Assembly (NCBI GenBank): GCA_009843915.1 | Contig: VYCM01000143.1 | Span: forward strand, 339 to 64,338 | Source: Acidimicrobiaceae bacterium | GTDB taxonomy: Bacteria > Actinomycetota > Acidimicrobiia > Acidimicrobiales > Aldehydirespiratoraceae | Reading direction: 5' to 3' | Length of the DNA: 64,000 nucleotides | Shown: positions 50,047-59,526 of the stretch, one piece after another | Layout: each line of letters begins with the position of its first letter | Position numbering within the stretch: position 1 is the first letter of the stretch | Notes under the pieces: generated by a model | Told to the model about the DNA's origin: nothing | What the model saw: the letters and a program-made list of their open reading frames with translations, nothing else | Databases searched by the model: none | Program-made: the position numbers and the translations under genes

Positions 50047-50627
50047 CTCTTCAACTTCCTTTCGGTGCCGCGCAACAGCCGCACGATATTGCCGTGGTGG
50101 CGCATAGCCATCACCCCCATCACCACCGCGGCCACTATCACCTCGGTAGCAGGCCACCCGAACACCAGCGCCAGCACCGGGTAGGTCACGCCCACGCTCA
50201 GCGAGCCCAGCGCGGCCACCCGGGTCAACCGCACCATGCCGAAGAACACGACCACGCAGATCACGCCGATGAGGGGATCGAGGACGATGCCGCCACCACC
50301 CGCGGTGGCCATGCCCTTGCCGCCCCTGAACCGCCTGATGGCCGGCCACACATGGCCGGCCACCGCACCGATCCATGCGGCCATCGCCTCGGGCCGGTCC
50401 CACAGCAGCAGGGCCGCTCCGACCGGCGCAGCGCCCTTGGCCATATCGCCCAAGGCCACGGCCACGCCGGCGAGGCGCCCGCCCAGGCGGTAAATGTTGG
50501 TGGCGCCCGGGTTGCCCGAGCCCTCGCTGGTGGGATCGCGGCCGATCTTGTTGCCGACCAGCACCGCGGTGGGGAACATGCCCGCCGCGTAGGCGACGAC
50601 GAAGGCCACCCCCATCCAGACCGTCAC
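50043..50627 (-). CDS. plsY: Glycerol-3-phosphate acyltransferase PlsY
   Basis: GSGNPGATN..R, D..KG, GH.WP...F.GGKG.AT, RHHGNI.RL..GTE. Confidence 0.92.
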   Translation of the reverse strand: MTVWMGVAFVVAYAAGMFPTAVLVGNKIGRDPTSEGSGNPGATNIYRLGGRLAGVAVALGDMAKGAAPVGAALLLWDRPEAMAAWIGAVAGHVWPAIRRFRGGKGMATAGGGGIVLDPLIGVICVVVFFGMVRLTRVAALGSLSVGVTYPVLALVFGWPATEVIVAAVVMGVMAMRHHGNIVRLLRGTERKLKS

Positions 50628-50710
50628 GCCCGAATAGTAGAGGCCGCGCGGGCGGGCAGAGCGGGCATCGACGGTGCCGAGCCGCGGCGGTGCCGTTATC
50701 CTTCGCCGCC

Positions 50711-51091
50711 GTGCCGGTGTACGACTACCGCTGTGAGCGCTGCACCACGCAGTTCGAGGTGCGGCAGTCGTTCAGCGACGACACGCTGACGGTCTGCCCG
50801 ACCGAGGGCGGCCCCGTGGCCTGCGCGGCACCGGGCGAGGGCCCCGTCAAGAAGGTGTTCAGCGGAGTGGCCATCGCCTTCAAGGGCGACGGCTTCTACA
50901 AGAACGACCACGGCTCCATCGCCAAGGGCCGGCGCAAGGAGAAGGAAGCCTCCTCCACGTCGTCCAACGGCTCGTCATCAGCGTCGAAGGACTCGAAGGA
51001 CTCTTCGTCGTCGTCCGATTCGGCCTCGAAGTCGGATTCGAGCCGGTCGAAGGCCGACGCCAGCTCATCGCCGTCCTCCTCGACTAGCTGA
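50711..51091 (+). CDS. FmdB family zinc-ribbon protein with Ser-rich tail
   Basis: P.Y.YRC..C...FEV.QSFSDD.L..CP, FKG.GFY.ND. Confidence 0.88.
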   Translation: MPVYDYRCERCTTQFEVRQSFSDDTLTVCPTEGGPVACAAPGEGPVKKVFSGVAIAFKGDGFYKNDHGSIAKGRRKEKEASSTSSNGSSSASKDSKDSSSSSDSASKSDSSRSKADASSSPSSSTS

Positions 51092-51179
51092 CTCGCCGCC
51101 ACTGCGGCCCGGCGTCGCGTCCGCTGCGACGCCGCCCGAACCGTGGGCCGTGCGCGCCCGCCAGTAGCGAGGAGGCCGG

Positions 51180-51626
51180 ATGTCGCCCACCAGACCCATT
51201 GCTCGCAACGGCCGCAGCACGGTCGGACGGGTCCAGGCCATGCTGTACCGCCATCGGTGGGTTCGCTTCCTCGCCGCGGGCGGTGCCGCCTTGGCCGTGC
51301 TGGTTGCGCTCACCGACGATCGAACCGAGCCGACGCCGTCGCCCATCGAGATCGCGCCGCCCGGGCCTGCTGGCCTGCTCCCGCCGGGCACTCGCGGCGT
51401 TGCCGTCCCAGTGGACAGCCCGGTGTTTGCGGCACGCGACGCGGTGGACGTCCACGCCGTGCTCGACGGCGCCGCAGTCGTGCGCGGCGCGCTGATCGTC
51501 GACGCAGGCGAGGACGAGGTGGTGGTGGCCGTGCCTGAAGCGCAGGTGGACGCGACCGTCGACGCTCTGGCAACGGGAGGCGTGATGCTGGTACTCGTAC
51601 CGTCAGCGCAATCCGGTGGCGACTAG
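51180..51626 (+). CDS. Hypothetical membrane-anchored protein (SAF/CpaB-like C-terminal part)
   Basis: TM segment, LPPG.R.VAVPV..D.VDV; follows FmdB as in other Actinobacteria; GAGGAGG RBS. Confidence 0.55.
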   Translation: MSPTRPIARNGRSTVGRVQAMLYRHRWVRFLAAGGAALAVLVALTDDRTEPTPSPIEIAPPGPAGLLPPGTRGVAVPVDSPVFAARDAVDVHAVLDGAAVVRGALIVDAGEDEVVVAVPEAQVDATVDALATGGVMLVLVPSAQSGGD

Positions 51627-52415
51627 AGCGAGCACCGCGCATCCTGCCAGGACTCGATAGGCGACGAAGGGCCGCAGGCTCACCCGGGTCACGATCTGCA
51701 CGGTGGCCCACACCGCGATCCAGCCGGTGACCATCGACGACGCCGCGCCCCAGGCCAGCGCGGGCCACAGCGACGCCGGGATGCTCAGCCCGGCAAGGCC
51801 GTAGACGCCCGCGCCGGCGATCACGGGCAGGCTCATCAGGAACGCCAGGCGCACCGCGGCCTCGCGGCCATAGCCGAGACCCCGGGCGACCGTCATGGTC
51901 ACGCCCGAGCGTGACACCCCCGGCTGGAGGGCGAGGGCCTGGCCGACACCCATCACCACCGCGTGCAACGGGCCGAAGTCGGACTGGTCGCGCCGCTCGG
52001 CCAGCCGGTCGGAGACGCCCAGCAGCAGACCGAACACGATCAGCGCCAGAGCCACCAGCACTATGCGGTCCGAGCCCCGCAGGGCGTCGCCCAGCACGAT
52101 CCCCGCGATCCCGGCGGGCACGGCCGACACCACCAGCGACCAGCCGACGCGGCCGTCCGGTCCGAGCGGCCCACGGCCGAGTACCGGCGCGAGGGCCGCA
52201 CCCGCGTAAGTGACCACGTCACGGCGCAGATACACGGTCGCGCCGACCAGGGTGCCGACATGGACGGCCACATCGAAGGCCGTGGCCGCATCGCCCGACA
52301 GCTCGTCCCAGCCGAAGAGCCAGCGGACCAGGATCAGATGGCCGCTGGATGAGATCGGCAGGAACTCCGACAGCCCCTGCACGATGCCCAGCACGATGGC
52401 GTGGAGGATCGGCAC
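51603..52415 (-). CDS. uppP: Undecaprenyl-diphosphate phosphatase
   Basis: GIVQGLSEFLPISSSGH, PGVSRSG.T, FLMSLP. Confidence 0.95.
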   Translation of the reverse strand: MPILHAIVLGIVQGLSEFLPISSSGHLILVRWLFGWDELSGDAATAFDVAVHVGTLVGATVYLRRDVVTYAGAALAPVLGRGPLGPDGRVGWSLVVSAVPAGIAGIVLGDALRGSDRIVLVALALIVFGLLLGVSDRLAERRDQSDFGPLHAVVMGVGQALALQPGVSRSGVTMTVARGLGYGREAAVRLAFLMSLPVIAGAGVYGLAGLSIPASLWPALAWGAASSMVTGWIAVWATVQIVTRVSLRPFVAYRVLAGCAVLALVATGLR

Positions 52416-52458
52416 CGCCGTCGAGGCTAGAGGTTGGACCCGTCCACCTGCCGAGATC

Positions 52459-53805
52459 TCAACTGCCGGACATGGTCACGTCGGCGATGGCGAGGGTCAC
52501 CCCGGCCGCGCTCATAGGGAGCCACTCCAGGTCCGACCCCACCTCGGTCACGTCCATCAGCAGCCGCTGGATGGTGCTAGCGATGGTCACCTCCCTGATC
52601 GGCTCGGCCGTCTCGCCGTCGCGTATTCGCAGGCCCTCCGCGCCGACGGAGAAGTCGCCCGACACTGCGTTCACGCCGCTGTGCAGGCCGGTAACCCCCT
52701 GCACCAGCAGTCCGTCGTCGATGTCGGACACGATCTCGGCCTGGGTGCGGGTCCCGGGCGTGAGCCTCAGGGCCTGGGCGCCGACGCCGGGGGTGCCCTT
52801 GAACCCGCCCCTCACCGCCGAGCCGGTGGACGAGACGCCGGCCCGCCGAGCGGTGTAGGTGTCGTAGAGGAAGGCCTGGAGCACCCCGTCGGAGATCAAC
52901 GGCACCCGGCGGGTGGCGAGGCCTTCGGCATCGATGGCCGAGGCGGTGAAGGCGTCGGGGTCGGTGGCGTCGTCCACGAGGGTGAGAGACGACGCCCCCA
53001 CCGCCTCCTCCATGCGGTCGGCGAACAACGACCGGCCCTTGAGCACGGCGTCACCGCTCAACGTCGCGCCCACGATGCCGAGCAGCCGGGCCGTCACGTA
53101 CGGATCGAGCACCACCGTCAGGCGGCGGGTGGGGGCCTTGGCCGCGCCCAGCAGGCGGGTGGCCCGGTCGGCCGCGTCGGCGCCGGCCATCTCGGCCGAC
53201 AGCTCGCCGGGATGGCGCCCGACCGAGAAGCCGAACCCGGTCTGGGTCTCGTCGTTGTCCGACGCCAGGCTGTAGGCGACCAGATAGCAGCCGGTCTCGC
53301 GGGCCGAGGCGGCCACGCCCCGCGATGTGGCCACCGCTGCCTCATAGGTCGTGTCGGCGTAGTCGGCCGACTCCACGCCGGTCACGCGGGGGTCGGCGGC
53401 CACCGTCGCCCGTTCCAGCTCAAGCGCCAGCGCGACCTTCTCCTCGGTTCCGAAGTCGACCAGTTCGGATCGGTACAGGTCCAGGGAAGCGGGCTCCACC
53501 CCGTCGGGCTCGGCCACTCCCGCGAACTCGTCGACGCTGCCGAAGCGGGAGTTGTCGAGCGCCTCGTCGAAGGTCTCCCGCAGCGTCTCGTCGTCCAGGG
53601 CCGCGGCGTAGGCGAAGCCCTGCCGTCCGTCGCGCACGATGCGCACGCCGATCCCCATCGACGACGCCACCGTGAGCGACTCGACCTCGCCCCCATAGGC
53701 CCTTATCTCGGTCTCGTGGTCGCGGGCCACGAAGGCCTCCACGTCGACGCCGTCGCCGGCCCAGCCGACGACCCGCTCCGCGATGTCGAGCAGGCTCTTG
53801 CTCAC
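52459..53805 (-). CDS. pmbA: TldE/PmbA family protein
   Basis: G.RIV.DG..GFA, DAEG, N.VSGDFS..AEG; GTG start overlaps tldD stop. Confidence 0.88.
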   Translation of the reverse strand: MSKSLLDIAERVVGWAGDGVDVEAFVARDHETEIRAYGGEVESLTVASSMGIGVRIVRDGRQGFAYAAALDDETLRETFDEALDNSRFGSVDEFAGVAEPDGVEPASLDLYRSELVDFGTEEKVALALELERATVAADPRVTGVESADYADTTYEAAVATSRGVAASARETGCYLVAYSLASDNDETQTGFGFSVGRHPGELSAEMAGADAADRATRLLGAAKAPTRRLTVVLDPYVTARLLGIVGATLSGDAVLKGRSLFADRMEEAVGASSLTLVDDATDPDAFTASAIDAEGLATRRVPLISDGVLQAFLYDTYTARRAGVSSTGSAVRGGFKGTPGVGAQALRLTPGTRTQAEIVSDIDDGLLVQGVTGLHSGVNAVSGDFSVGAEGLRIRDGETAEPIREVTIASTIQRLLMDVTEVGSDLEWLPMSAAGVTLAIADVTMSGS

Positions 53806-55193
53806 GCGGCGGTGCCGCCGACGGTGAGCGCGGTCACCCTCAGCGTGGGCGTGCCGTCGCCGACGGGCACACCCTGGCCGTCCTTCCCGCAGGTGCCCGG
53901 CGATCCCATGGCGAAGTCGTTGCCGAGGGCGTCTATGCGGGTGAGCACGTCGGGTCCGTTGCCGATGAGGTTGCCCTCGCGGATCGGGGCGGTGATCCGG
54001 CCGTTCTCGATCAGGTAGGCCTCGGTCATGCCGAACACGAAGTCGCCGGTGGCGGTGTTGACCTGGCCACCGCCGAGCTGGGCCACGTACACGCCGTGGG
54101 AGGTGTCGGCCACGATGTCGTCGGGCTCCGCGTCGCCGTTGTCGATGTAGGTGTTGGTCATCCGGACCATGGGCAGGTGCTGGTAGCTCTGGCGGCGCCC
54201 GTTGCCGGAGCTGGCCCGGCCCTCCTTGCGGGCCCTCAGCCGGTCCCACATGTAGTCGGTGAGCACCCCGTCGGCGATGAGCACGTTGCGGGCTGCCGGC
54301 TTGCCCTCGTCGTCGATGCCGTAGTGGCCCCACTCCCCTGCCATCGTGCCGTCGTCGATCAGCGTGACCATGGGCGCGGCCACCGTCTCACCGATGCGCC
54401 CCGCGAACACCGAGGCCGACTTGGCCACCAGGTCGGCCTCCAGGCCGTGCCCGCATGCCTCGTGGAACAGCACGCCGCCGCCCCCGGGGCCGACCACGAC
54501 CGGCATCTCGCCGCTGGGCGCGGGCCGGGCGGTGAGCTTGGTGAGAGCCCGCTGCGCGGCCCGGCGGGCCATCTCCTCCACGTCGTAGAGGTCGAACAAC
54601 TCGAAGCCGGCCGTCCGGCCCGCCGACTCGCGGCCGGTCTGCATGCCGGTGTCGCCGGTGGCCACGCACGACACCGAGAACAGGGTGCGCACCTGGTCGT
54701 CGCTGGTGAACAGCCCGTCGCTGTCGGCCACCAGGATGCGGCGGCGACCGTCGCCGTAACGGGCCGACACCTGGGTGATGGCACCGCCGGCGGAGCGGGC
54801 CGCGGCGTCCGCGGCGGTGAGCAGCGCCACCTTGCGGTCCTTTGGCACCTCCTCGGGAGGGATGCGCACCTGGAGCGACCGCGGAGGTTCAAGGGCCGAC
54901 ACGGCCACCGTCTGCGTACCGCCGCCACCACGCCGGGCCGCGGCGGCCGCGGCATCTGCGGCGGCGGCCAGGCCGGCCGCGCTCAGGTCCGCGGTGTGGG
55001 CGAAACCGGTGGTGTCGCCGGCCACGACCCGGATGCCGGCACCCCGGTCGCGCCCCGAGACGACTTCCTCGACGCGGCCGTCGTCGAGGATCGCCGACGC
55101 CGAGCGCCTGTCCTCCGCAAAGATCTCGGCGAAGTCCGCGCCGGTGCGCATAGCCGCCGCCAGGGTGCGGTTCACGAGGTCAGCTTCAAGCAT
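53802..55193 (-). CDS. tldD: TldD family metalloprotease
   Basis: HEACGHGLEAD, DDEG, RMTNTY, CGK.GQ.VPV..G.PT. Confidence 0.93.
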   Translation of the reverse strand: MLEADLVNRTLAAAMRTGADFAEIFAEDRRSASAILDDGRVEEVVSGRDRGAGIRVVAGDTTGFAHTADLSAAGLAAAADAAAAAARRGGGGTQTVAVSALEPPRSLQVRIPPEEVPKDRKVALLTAADAAARSAGGAITQVSARYGDGRRRILVADSDGLFTSDDQVRTLFSVSCVATGDTGMQTGRESAGRTAGFELFDLYDVEEMARRAAQRALTKLTARPAPSGEMPVVVGPGGGGVLFHEACGHGLEADLVAKSASVFAGRIGETVAAPMVTLIDDGTMAGEWGHYGIDDEGKPAARNVLIADGVLTDYMWDRLRARKEGRASSGNGRRQSYQHLPMVRMTNTYIDNGDAEPDDIVADTSHGVYVAQLGGGQVNTATGDFVFGMTEAYLIENGRITAPIREGNLIGNGPDVLTRIDALGNDFAMGSPGTCGKDGQGVPVGDGTPTLRVTALTVGGTAA

Positions 55194-55212
55194 GGGCGAC
55201 TACTGTAACGCG

Positions 55213-56088
55213 ATGGCTTCGGAGGTCGCTGGCGCGGGCACCCGCGCCAGCAGGGAGCCGGCCGGGGACTCATCGGCCAGCCCTGAGCGCTCAGGAAGGC
55301 GCTCTCTGAGCGGCTCGCTGCACTGGTGGAGCGAGCTGATCATCGTCCTTGCCTTCTACGGCGTCTACACGTTCATCCGCAACCAGTTCGGATCGGACCT
55401 GGGCCAGTCGGTGAAGCAGACGGCCATCGACAACGCCTACGACGTGATCGCCTGGGAGCGGGCGGTGCACCTCTTCGGCGAGAAGGGCATCCAGGACCTG
55501 TTCATCGAGTGGGACCTGTTCATCCAGTTCTGGAACATCTTCTACGGCTTCTGCCATTTCGCCGTGACCATCTCGGTGATGGTGTTCCTGTTCCTTCGCC
55601 ATCCGGTTCGCTACGGCATTCAGCGCACCGTGCTGGCCTTCACCACCGGACTGGCACTGGTGGGCTTCGCCTTCTACCCGCTCATGCCGCCCCGGCTGCT
55701 CAACGACTGCAGCCCCTTCGGCGCCTGCGACTCCAACTACTCCTACGTGGACACCCTCGTGGACCCGGGCGGGTTCTGGTCGTTCAACTCGAGCGCCATG
55801 ATGGACATCTCCAACCAGTACGCGGCCATGCCCAGCCTGCACATCGCCTGGGCGGTGTGGTGCGTGGTGGCGGCCCTGCCGGTTCTGCGCCGCCGGTGGG
55901 TGCGCCTGGCTCTGCTGGCCTATCCGTGGCTTACACTGTTTGCAGTGATGGTTACCGCCAACCACTACTGGATAGACGCCGTCGGAGGCCTGCTGGCGGT
56001 CGCGATCGCCTACCCGGCGGGGGTGCTGCTGGCCCGCAGGCTCCCGGCGTGGCTGGCGCCCCGACCGGCCGGCGCCGTCCGGCCGTAG
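55213..56088 (+). CDS. PAP2-superfamily membrane phosphatase/phosphotransferase (AUR1-like)
   Basis: P.MPPR, N.YAAMPSLH, TANHY.ID. Confidence 0.85.
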   Translation: MASEVAGAGTRASREPAGDSSASPERSGRRSLSGSLHWWSELIIVLAFYGVYTFIRNQFGSDLGQSVKQTAIDNAYDVIAWERAVHLFGEKGIQDLFIEWDLFIQFWNIFYGFCHFAVTISVMVFLFLRHPVRYGIQRTVLAFTTGLALVGFAFYPLMPPRLLNDCSPFGACDSNYSYVDTLVDPGGFWSFNSSAMMDISNQYAAMPSLHIAWAVWCVVAALPVLRRRWVRLALLAYPWLTLFAVMVTANHYWIDAVGGLLAVAIAYPAGVLLARRLPAWLAPRPAGAVRP

Positions 56089-56100
56089 GAGGGCAGACCG

Positions 56101-57942
56101 ATGCAGCTCGACGCGATCACGGGTCCCGACGACCTACGCGAGCGCTCCCACGAGGAGCTCGACGACCTCTGCGGGCAGATCCGCGCCCGGATCATCGAGG
56201 CTGTGACCGCCCGGGGCGGGCATCTGGGATCAAACCTCGGGGCGGTGGAGCTCACCGTCGCCCTGCACCGCATTTTCCACTCGCCCCACGATGTGATCCT
56301 GTGGGACACGGGCCACCAGGCCTACGTCCACAAGATGCTCACCGGACGGGCCGCCGACTTCGACTCGCTGCGCACCGCCGGGGGACTCGCGGGATACCCG
56401 TCACGATCAGAGTCCCCTCACGACTGGATCGAGAACAGCCACGCCTCCACCGTGCTGTCCTACGCCCACGGTCTGGCCACCGCCTTCGACTCGTCCGACA
56501 CACGGCGCCGCGTCGTGGCGGTCGTGGGTGACGGAGCCCTGACCGGGGGCATGGCCTTCGAGGGGCTCAACAACATCGGCCACAGCGGCCGCAACGTGAT
56601 CATCGTGCTCAACGACAACGGCCGCAGCTACGCCCCAACGGTCTCGAGGCTCTCCGAGAGTCTGGTGCGCTTCCGCTCCAACCCCAAGATCATGCGCCGA
56701 TCCGACCGCCTCGAGGAGGTGGCAGAGCGCATCCCCTGGGTGGGTGACACCCTCCAGCGGGGCATGAAGATGTCGAAGGCCGCCCTGCGTGAGTTGTGGG
56801 ACTCGGCCGGCTTCTTCGAGAACCTGGGCGTGCGCTACCTCGGCCCCTTCGACGGGCACGACATTGCCGGGCTGGAAGAGGCGCTGTCCAATGCGGCCCA
56901 GTTCGACGGGCCGGTCGTGGTCCATGTGCTCACCCAGAAGGGGCGCGGCTACGGCCCGGCCGAGGAGGACACCGTCAAGCACATGCACGACGTGGGCAAG
57001 GTGAAGTCGGGCACCTACACCGGCATGTTCTCCGAAATGATGGTCAAGCTGGGCGGCCTGCACCCCGAGGTGGTGGCCATCACCGCGGCCATGCCCGATT
57101 CCACCGGTCTGCTGCCGTTCCGGGAGCACTTCGGCGACCGCTGCATCGACGTGGGCATCGCCGAGCAGCACGCGGTGACCTCGGCCGTCGGCATGGCCAT
57201 GGGAGGGCTTCGGCCGTTCTTCGCGGTGTACAGCACCTTCCTGAGCCGGGCCTTCGACCAGGTCAATCTGGACTGCGGCATGCACCAGGCGCCGGTGGTG
57301 TTCTGCATCGACCGGGCAGGCATCACCGGAGACGACGGGCCGTCGCACCACGGCGTGCTCGACATGGTGCTGCTCACCAAGGTTCCCGGGATGGTGGTGC
57401 TGGCCCCGTCGTCGCTCCAGGAGCTGGAGCGGATGATGCTCGACGCCATGGACATGACCGGCGGCCCGGTCGCCATCCGTTGGCCCAAGACCGCGGCTCG
57501 CAACGTCTCCCAGGACGAGGTGGGCTCGGGGCTGCGGGCCCGCAAGGCCCGTGCCGCGGATGGCCGGCTGTGTCTGATCGGTGTCGGGAAGATGCTGGAG
57601 GCGTGCGAGCAGGCCGCCGAACTCCTCGCCAACGACGGCGTGGAGGCCGCGGTTTGGGATCCCCGGGCCGTGAGCCCGCTGTGCGACCGGATGCTCGCCG
57701 ACGCGGCCGACCACGAGCTGGTGGTGACCGTCGAGGACGGGCTGCGCACCGGCGGTGCGGGCACGGCCATCCGCGACGGGCTGCTGGAGCGGGCCGAGGC
57801 CGCCGGGCAGGCTGCTCCCAGGGTCCGGGTGCTGGGTGTGCCGCTCGACTACCTCCCCCACGGCAAGCCCGACGCCATCCTGGCCGATCTGGGCCTGGAC
57901 GCCGCGGGGATCGCAGCCACCGTCAAGCAAGAACTGCTGTAG
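56101..57942 (+). CDS. dxs: 1-deoxy-D-xylulose-5-phosphate synthase
   Basis: GGHLGSNLG.VEL, DTGHQAY.HK, GDGALTGG, NDN, GIAEQHAV, YSTFL.RAFDQ. Confidence 0.96.
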   Translation: MQLDAITGPDDLRERSHEELDDLCGQIRARIIEAVTARGGHLGSNLGAVELTVALHRIFHSPHDVILWDTGHQAYVHKMLTGRAADFDSLRTAGGLAGYPSRSESPHDWIENSHASTVLSYAHGLATAFDSSDTRRRVVAVVGDGALTGGMAFEGLNNIGHSGRNVIIVLNDNGRSYAPTVSRLSESLVRFRSNPKIMRRSDRLEEVAERIPWVGDTLQRGMKMSKAALRELWDSAGFFENLGVRYLGPFDGHDIAGLEEALSNAAQFDGPVVVHVLTQKGRGYGPAEEDTVKHMHDVGKVKSGTYTGMFSEMMVKLGGLHPEVVAITAAMPDSTGLLPFREHFGDRCIDVGIAEQHAVTSAVGMAMGGLRPFFAVYSTFLSRAFDQVNLDCGMHQAPVVFCIDRAGITGDDGPSHHGVLDMVLLTKVPGMVVLAPSSLQELERMMLDAMDMTGGPVAIRWPKTAARNVSQDEVGSGLRARKARAADGRLCLIGVGKMLEACEQAAELLANDGVEAAVWDPRAVSPLCDRMLADAADHELVVTVEDGLRTGGAGTAIRDGLLERAEAAGQAAPRVRVLGVPLDYLPHGKPDAILADLGLDAAGIAATVKQELL

Positions 57943-57992
57943 GCCGCGCCGCGAGCCGGCTGGCGTCGCAGCCGGTGCAGGGGCTTGAGCCG

Positions 57993-58646
57993 TCAGCTGT
58001 AGTAGGGGTTCTCCCCCGCGTCGTGATCGGTGACGTCGATCACTTCGCTCACCTCGGGGATGGCCTCCATGATGGCCCGCTTGATGCCGTCGGACAGCGT
58101 GGCCTGGCTCATGGCGCATCCCTGGCAGCCGCCGCCCATGGTGACTACCACCGTGTCGTCGCCCTGCACCTCCACCAGGCTTGCGTAGCCCCCGTGCGAG
58201 GCCAGCGCGGGGTTGATGCTGATATCGAGCAGCTGCTGAACCTTGTCGCCGATGCCGCCGGTGAGTTCCAGACGACCCATATCGCCCAGCGGGTTGGGGC
58301 GGTTGGGGTTGCGGATGACGAGACCGCCCTGGCCGGCCACCGACGGCACGTCGAGGGTGGAGCCCCGGAGCCGGCTGACGCTGGCGTCGGGCACGATCAC
58401 CGTCAAGCCGTCCGCGGTGCGGATGTGGTCGTCGGCGGCCGCGTCCGACACCGGGTCGAGAGCCAGATCGTAGGTGTAGTCGATGCCCGCGGTGCCGGTC
58501 ACCTCGACCCTGAGCCCCAGGGTCTCGCCGTCGTCCTCGCGGTCGCGGATGGCCAGCACGGCCGTCCTGGCTGCGTCTGTGACGATCAGCACCTCATCGG
58601 CGGACGCCTCAGGTGCGTCGGTGGACGCGGCGACGGTGTCGGTCAT
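57993..58646 (-). CDS. nfuA: NfuA-type Fe-S cluster carrier
   Basis: Degenerate A-type N-domain, INPALASHGG, GGGCQGC, DVTDH..GENPY. Confidence 0.88.
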   Translation of the reverse strand: MTDTVAASTDAPEASADEVLIVTDAARTAVLAIRDREDDGETLGLRVEVTGTAGIDYTYDLALDPVSDAAADDHIRTADGLTVIVPDASVSRLRGSTLDVPSVAGQGGLVIRNPNRPNPLGDMGRLELTGGIGDKVQQLLDISINPALASHGGYASLVEVQGDDTVVVTMGGGCQGCAMSQATLSDGIKRAIMEAIPEVSEVIDVTDHDAGENPYYS

Positions 58647-58732
58647 GAGTCCGAGCCTACCGACATGCCTCCGCCGGGCGGTAGTGGAATGGGCGGGCGG
58701 GCAGGCGGGGCACCTGCGATACGGTGCACGCC

Positions 58733-59434
58733 ATGACATCGAAGACCTCCTATGAAGTCGTCGACGGCGTGGCCGTCCTGCGCCTGGACGACGGCAAGGC
58801 CAACGCCGTGGGCTACGACACGCTGGCGGCCATCAACGCCGCCATGGACGACGCCGAGCAGAGCGCCGGAGCCCTGGTGATCACCGGCCGGGAGGGTCGA
58901 TTCAGCGCCGGCTTCGATCTCGGCGTATTCGACGAGGGTCCTCAAGCCACCCGGGAGCTCGTGGCAACCGGGGCCCACACCGCGATGCGGCTCTACGGGG
59001 CGGCTGTGCCGGTAGTGGCCGCCTGCACCGGCCACGCGCTCGCCTTCGGCGCGATCATGCTGCTGTCGAGCGACGTCCGCATCGGGGCCGACGTCGAGGC
59101 CAAGATCGGACTCATCGAGGTGTCCATCGGCATGCCGCTGCCCATCTTCGGGATGGAGATGGCCCGGGACCGGCTCAGCCCCAGGCACTTCACCGCCGCC
59201 ACCGCACTGGCCACGGCCTACTCGCCCCGCGGCGCGGCCGAGGCCGGCTACCTCGACGAGGTTGTCCCTGCCGACGAGTTGGACGACGCGGCGATGCAGC
59301 GGGCCACCGCTCTGGCCGAGCACGTGCGCCGGACCGCGTTCGGGCTGACCCGCCGCACCGCGAGGCAGAAGACCATCGACCGCATCCTGTCGACGCTCGA
59401 CGAGGACCTGGAGAACTTCGGCGTACTGGAGTGA
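58733..59434 (+). CDS. Crotonase/enoyl-CoA hydratase family protein
   Basis: LDDGKANA, FSAGFDL, GHALA.GA, IGLIEV.IG. Confidence 0.88.
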   Translation: MTSKTSYEVVDGVAVLRLDDGKANAVGYDTLAAINAAMDDAEQSAGALVITGREGRFSAGFDLGVFDEGPQATRELVATGAHTAMRLYGAAVPVVAACTGHALAFGAIMLLSSDVRIGADVEAKIGLIEVSIGMPLPIFGMEMARDRLSPRHFTAATALATAYSPRGAAEAGYLDEVVPADELDDAAMQRATALAEHVRRTAFGLTRRTARQKTIDRILSTLDEDLENFGVLE

Positions 59435-59460
59435 CCGCCACAGTCCGGCCCGGGGAGGAC

Positions 59461-59526
59461 TGTGGACAACTTCACGAGAGAGCTGTGGGTAACTCGGGGC
59501 AAAACCTGTGAACAAGTTGGGGAAAG
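59461..59526. promoter_or_regulatory. Cluster of DnaA-box-like 9-mers
   Basis: TGTGGACAA 59461, TGTGGGTAA 59484, TGTGAACAA 59507, weaker TGGGGAAAG 59518. Confidence 0.6.

Noticed and set aside
50950-51091. Ser-rich repeats in the FmdB tail
   Set aside because: Typical low-complexity tail of this family in Actinobacteria.
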